Shown piece by piece: positions 60,131 through 64,000 of a stretch of DNA of 64,000 bases. The stretch comes from Candidatus Marinacidobacterium sp. Its GTDB lineage: Bacteria; Acidobacteriota; Vicinamibacteria; Marinacidobacterales; Marinacidobacteraceae. Below the pieces are notes generated by a model. The model saw only the letters and a list, made by a program, of their open reading frames with translations. It was not told the DNA's origin and searched no databases. Position 1 is the stretch's first letter, and every line of letters begins with the position of its first letter. The translations under genes were made by a program, and so were the position numbers. Location of the stretch: NCBI GenBank assembly GCA_965204755.1, contig OZ242011.1, positions 352,001 through 416,000 of the forward strand, read 5' to 3'.

Positions 60131-61204
60131 CTACTCCGCGCTCCCGGACGGCGCGGGCTCGAGGGTCACGCCGCTGCGCAGGTAGAGGTTGCGGATCGGG
60201 TACGGGATCTCGATTCCGGCGTCCTCGTAGCGGCGGTGGAGCGTCTTGACGAAGGCGTTGACCACCGGGAAGCGGTCGATCGGCTTGGCCGCCTGCAGGA
60301 CCGCGTCGAAGGTGATCGCGGAGTCGCCGAAGGCGGTCCACCGCACATCCCCGGCGAAACCCGGAACCGCGCCCTCGGTCGTCTCCTGGACTTCGCGGAT
60401 CACCTCCCGGGCGAGGGCCTCCGCGCGCTCGAGGTCGGTGTCGTAGTGGACGCCCACCGCGATGGTCACCCGGATCCGCGGATCGGGGGTATGGAAGTTC
60501 GTGAGGACCGAATCGGCGAGGACCGAGTTCGGGATGACCACATAGTTGTCGAGCAGCGTGCGGAGCGTCGTGGTGCGCCACCCGATGTCCGTGACATAGC
60601 CCTCGACCTCGGCGTCGTTCACCCGCAGGAAGTCGCCCACCTGGAACTGCCCGGCGGCGACCAACTGGATGCCGGCGAAGATGTTGCCGAGGGTGGGCTG
60701 GAGCGCGAGGGCCAGCGCCAGCGCCCCGACGCCGAGCGTGGCGAGCAGCGGCGCCACGGAGACCCCCACCTGGTCGAGGATCAGCAGCGCCCCGCAGACC
60801 AGCGCGACGGTGATGACCGTGTTCCGCAGGATCGAGACGCCCTGGCGCCCGATGCGCTGCTGGCGAACCCGCAGCGTGGCGAGCCCGAGGTCCACGAAGA
60901 CCCGGATCGCCGCGAGCACCAGGATCACCTGGAGACCGGTGGTGATCAGCGGCGCGACCGCCTCCGCCGGCGGGACGAGCGCCATGAGCAGCCGGGTGGC
61001 CGCCACCGCCAGGACGAGCGAGGGGACGAGGTGGAAGGCGTGCCCCGCCACCCAGTCGTCCCATTCGCTCTCCGTCCGCTCCGCCCAGCGCCGGAGCCCG
61101 CCTCGCGCGGCCCGCTCCACCAGGAGACCGACGAAGAAGCCCGCGGCCAGGACCAGGAAGTAGAGCGCCGCCGCGTAGAGGGCGCCGTCCATCGCCCCGT
61201 TCAT
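60131..61204 (-). CDS. mscS: Small-conductance mechanosensitive channel
   Basis: LGVGALALALALQPTLGNIFAG, GD.L, IGWRTT, IPNS, GIEIPYP. Confidence 0.9.
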   Translation of the reverse strand: MNGAMDGALYAAALYFLVLAAGFFVGLLVERAARGGLRRWAERTESEWDDWVAGHAFHLVPSLVLAVAATRLLMALVPPAEAVAPLITTGLQVILVLAAIRVFVDLGLATLRVRQQRIGRQGVSILRNTVITVALVCGALLILDQVGVSVAPLLATLGVGALALALALQPTLGNIFAGIQLVAAGQFQVGDFLRVNDAEVEGYVTDIGWRTTTLRTLLDNYVVIPNSVLADSVLTNFHTPDPRIRVTIAVGVHYDTDLERAEALAREVIREVQETTEGAVPGFAGDVRWTAFGDSAITFDAVLQAAKPIDRFPVVNAFVKTLHRRYEDAGIEIPYPIRNLYLRSGVTLEPAPSGSAE

Positions 61205-62043
61205 CGCCCCGCCGACTCCCGTTCGTCCGTTCGCCGGCGGAACGCGCCCCACATCTCCTCGAAGAGTTCGTCCCGGCGGTCGGTGAGCCGGTGGTCGCCG
61301 TCGGCGATCTCGACGAGGTCGGCGGCCGGGGCGGAGGCGGCGAAGTCCCGCGAGAGACCGACCGGGACGACGGCGTCGGCGTCGCCGTGGAGCAGCAGGG
61401 CCGGCGTCTCGAGGGCCGCCGCCAGCCGGTCGTCCGGATAGTTCCGCTCGTCGGCGACCGCGCCCCAGCCGAATTCCAGGACGAGGTCCCCGATCGGGAC
61501 GGGGTAGTAGCCGCGGCGCGCCCAGTCCTCCCGCTCCGCCTGGGAGAGGCTCGCGGCGAAGCGGGCGGTCATCCCGAAGGCCGGCGCGACGGCGAACACC
61601 TGGGCGACGGCCCCGGGGTGGAGCGCGGCATACCAGAGCGCGGCGATCCCGCCCATCGAAGACCCGATCAGGACGACTTCCGCGCCGGGGCGCTCCGCGC
61701 CGACGAACTCGACGGCGCGGCCGGCGTCCTCGAGGTTCCGGGAAAGGGTCAGCCCCCGGCAGTCGCCGCCGGACTCGCCGTGGCCGGTGAAGTCGAAGGA
61801 GAGGAAGCCGTGGCCCCGCGAGACCACCCACTCGCGGAACCGGGTGGCCTTGGATCCCGACCGGTCGGCGCCGAGCCCGTGCAGGAAGATCCAGACCGGC
61901 GGCGGGGCCGAGAAACCGGAGGGGCCGCCCGGCGGCGGCGTCCAGGAGAAGGCGAGCCGGGCGCGGCCCGGCGCTTCCGGCTCGAGGAAGAGCGGCGCGT
62001 CCGGCCCCGGCCCCGCACTCTCCGGCCCCGGCGCCCAAGACAT
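61201..62043 (-). CDS. Alpha/beta hydrolase
   Basis: FLHG, FDFTGHGES, GSSMGG, HGDAD.VVP, GDHRL. Confidence 0.88.
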   Translation of the reverse strand: MSWAPGPESAGPGPDAPLFLEPEAPGRARLAFSWTPPPGGPSGFSAPPPVWIFLHGLGADRSGSKATRFREWVVSRGHGFLSFDFTGHGESGGDCRGLTLSRNLEDAGRAVEFVGAERPGAEVVLIGSSMGGIAALWYAALHPGAVAQVFAVAPAFGMTARFAASLSQAEREDWARRGYYPVPIGDLVLEFGWGAVADERNYPDDRLAAALETPALLLHGDADAVVPVGLSRDFAASAPAADLVEIADGDHRLTDRRDELFEEMWGAFRRRTDERESAGR

Positions 62044-62059
62044 CGTTCGGGTTCGTACC

Positions 62060-62764
62060 TTACCGAGCGCCGTCCGCCGGATCGGCGGCGTCCGCGAGCC
62101 GCCGGGCCTCGGCGAAGACCCGATGGAACATGGGCCGGGTGAGGCGTCCGGTGAAGGTGTTCTGCTGGCTGGGGTGGTAACTGGCGAGCAGGTGCAGCCG
62201 GCCGAGCCGGGCGCCGGCGCCGTGGGCGAAGCGCGGCGCCGGGCGGGGAACGGCGCCGCCCCCGGCCCGCCGGGCGGCGAGGAACGCCCGGAACGCCACC
62301 GCGCCGAGGGCGACGACCACCCGCAGCCGGGCCCCCGCCGCGGCGAGTTCCTCGACGAGGAACGGCCGGCAGGCCGCGAGTTCCTCCGGGGCGGGCCGGT
62401 TGTCCGGCGGGGCGCAGTGGGCGGCGGCGGTGATCCGGGCGTCGAGCAGCCGCAGGCCGTCCCGCGGGTCGGGGGAGTGCCCGGCGGTCGAGAAGCCGAA
62501 CCGGTGGAGGGCCTCGTAGAGCCACTCGCCCGAGCGGTCCCCGGTGAACATCCGCCCGGTGCGGTTCGCCCCGTGGGCGGCGGGGGCGAGCCCGACGACG
62601 AGCAGCCGCGGGCAGGCCGCGCCGAACGAGGGGACCGGCTTCGCCCAGTAGGCCGCGCCCCGGTGGCGGCGCGGAGGGTCCGCGGCGACGGCCTCCCGGT
62701 GGGCGGCGAGGCGCGGACAGCGCCGGCACGCCGCCACCCGCGCATGGAAGTCGGCGTCGGTCAA
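62060..62764 (-). CDS. Uracil-DNA glycosylase, family 5 (UdgB-type)
   Basis: CRRCPRL, GLAPAAHGANRTGRMFTGD.SG, CAPP.N.P, YHPSQQN. Confidence 0.9.
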   Translation of the reverse strand: MTDADFHARVAACRRCPRLAAHREAVAADPPRRHRGAAYWAKPVPSFGAACPRLLVVGLAPAAHGANRTGRMFTGDRSGEWLYEALHRFGFSTAGHSPDPRDGLRLLDARITAAAHCAPPDNRPAPEELAACRPFLVEELAAAGARLRVVVALGAVAFRAFLAARRAGGGAVPRPAPRFAHGAGARLGRLHLLASYHPSQQNTFTGRLTRPMFHRVFAEARRLADAADPADGAR

Positions 62765-62794
62765 CGGGAATCCGGGGCGGGCCGGAGTGCCGGA

Positions 62795-63856
62795 ATGAGT
62801 CCGAACCGGGCGATCCCGCCGGAGACGCCGGAGCGGCCGCGCCCGCGAGGCGAGCGTACCCTCCCCGCCGGGCGGACGAGATTGACCGAACCGAACGGCC
62901 CCGCCGCTTCCCTCCGGATCCGGATCGCGGTCTCCGCCTGCCTCCTCGGCGAGCCGGTCCGCTACGACGGGGCCCACTCCCGCTCCGCCTTCGTCACCGA
63001 AGCGCTCGGCGCCTGCTTCGAGTTGCTGCCCGACTGCCCGGAGATGGGCATCGGGCTCGGCGCGCCGCGGCCGAAGATCGGGCTGGAAGCGACGGCGGGC
63101 GGCGTCCGGCTCCGGGACTCCGGCGGCGCCGACCTGACCGGGGTCATGCGGCGCTACGCCGCCGAAGCGGCCCGGGCCTTCGCCGGGCGCGGCGTCGCCG
63201 GAGTCGTCCTCAAGTCGAAGTCCCCGAGTTGCGGAACCGGCGACGCGGCGGTGATCGGGCAAGACGGCGTCCGCCGCCGGGACGGGACCGGGATCTACGC
63301 CGCGGAACTCGCCGCCGCCCTCCCCGACGCGGCGGTGATTTCCGAAGCGGGCCTCCTCGAACCGGAACGCCGCGACCACTGGCTCACCCGCGTCTTCGCC
63401 GCCGGGGAACTCGCGGAACTCGCGGCCCGCTCGCCCACACGGGAGGCGTTGCGCCGGTTCGCCGGAAGATGGCGGACGACCCTCCTCGCCCACGGGACGC
63501 CCGACGGCGGCGCCGGCAGCGGCCCCGTCCCGCTCTCGGGGCCGCCGGAACGGTGGGCGCGCGCTCTGCGGCGCCGCCTCCGGGACGGGCTCACCCCACC
63601 GCCGTCCGCCGCCGGCCACCGGCGGGTGCTCGACCGCTACGCCGCCCGGCTCCGCGCGGCGGGAGTCGGGGGCGGCGTGAGCGACGCCCACGACCGGATC
63701 GACGCGTTCGCGGCCGGCCGAGCCCCCCTCGCCGAGGCGGTCCGCACGATCGCCCGGCTGGCGGAAGGAGCGGGCGACCCGGAACTGCGCGACCAGGCCT
63801 ACCTCGCACCGAGACCCGCGCCGCTCCGCTACCGCGAAGACCTCTACCGGGAGTAG
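62795..63856 (+). CDS. DUF523 (2-thiouracil desulfurase-like) plus divergent DUF1722 protein
   Basis: VSACLLGE.VRYDG, CPEM.IGLG.PR, LKSKSPSCG, and C-terminal L.DQAYL.P.P. Alternative start at TTG 62882. Confidence 0.8.
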   Translation: MSPNRAIPPETPERPRPRGERTLPAGRTRLTEPNGPAASLRIRIAVSACLLGEPVRYDGAHSRSAFVTEALGACFELLPDCPEMGIGLGAPRPKIGLEATAGGVRLRDSGGADLTGVMRRYAAEAARAFAGRGVAGVVLKSKSPSCGTGDAAVIGQDGVRRRDGTGIYAAELAAALPDAAVISEAGLLEPERRDHWLTRVFAAGELAELAARSPTREALRRFAGRWRTTLLAHGTPDGGAGSGPVPLSGPPERWARALRRRLRDGLTPPPSAAGHRRVLDRYAARLRAAGVGGGVSDAHDRIDAFAAGRAPLAEAVRTIARLAEGAGDPELRDQAYLAPRPAPLRYREDLYRE

Positions 63857-63963
63857 CGAAACCGTCCGTCCCGACCGGTCTTCCCCGCCGCAGACGGGAC
63901 GGCGCCGGTCGGCACATGCATTGCAGCGGCCCCTCCAAAAACTACGCTCAGGAGGGCGAACTC

Positions 63964-64000
63964 ATGACGCGGATCGCAACTCTCATCATCATCGGCGCGC
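63964..64000 (+). CDS. 5' end of a gene running off the window
   Basis: SD AGGAGG at 63950-63955, followed by MTRIATLIIIGA. Confidence 0.55.
   Translation, partial: MTRIATLIIIGA

Noticed and set aside
54573-60185. 1870-aa plus-strand ORF
   Set aside because: It is an antisense shadow of the VPS10 and NCS2 genes.

Overview
A very GC-rich bacterial chromosomal segment with about 53 genes and no rRNA, tRNA, CRISPR array or intact transposase. It encodes Na+-coupled transporters (SSS/PutP, NSS, AGCS), a K+-dependent membrane pyrophosphatase, secreted hydrolases (sulfatase, amidohydrolases, S9 peptidase, GH109, BNR/VPS10), DNA-repair enzymes (Nfi, ATL, family-5 UDG), MaeB, and an orphan N6-adenine DNA methyltransferase. 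The main oddities are: (1) a complex-I-like operon nuoABCDHIJKN followed by a ferredoxin, lacking both nuoEFG and nuoLM; (2) nine exact copies of GAATTGTGTATAG in two helically phased blocks at 5893-6243; (3) a ~221-bp hairpin-rich MITE with a nested third terminal repeat, in two copies; (4) an NCS2 permease fused to a GHKL/RsbW-like tail; (5) an M48-like protein without HExxH; (6) many short tandem micro-duplications and several leaderless-type promoters. Family calls come from motif recognition and recall, not from database searches. Start codons were chosen by eye.
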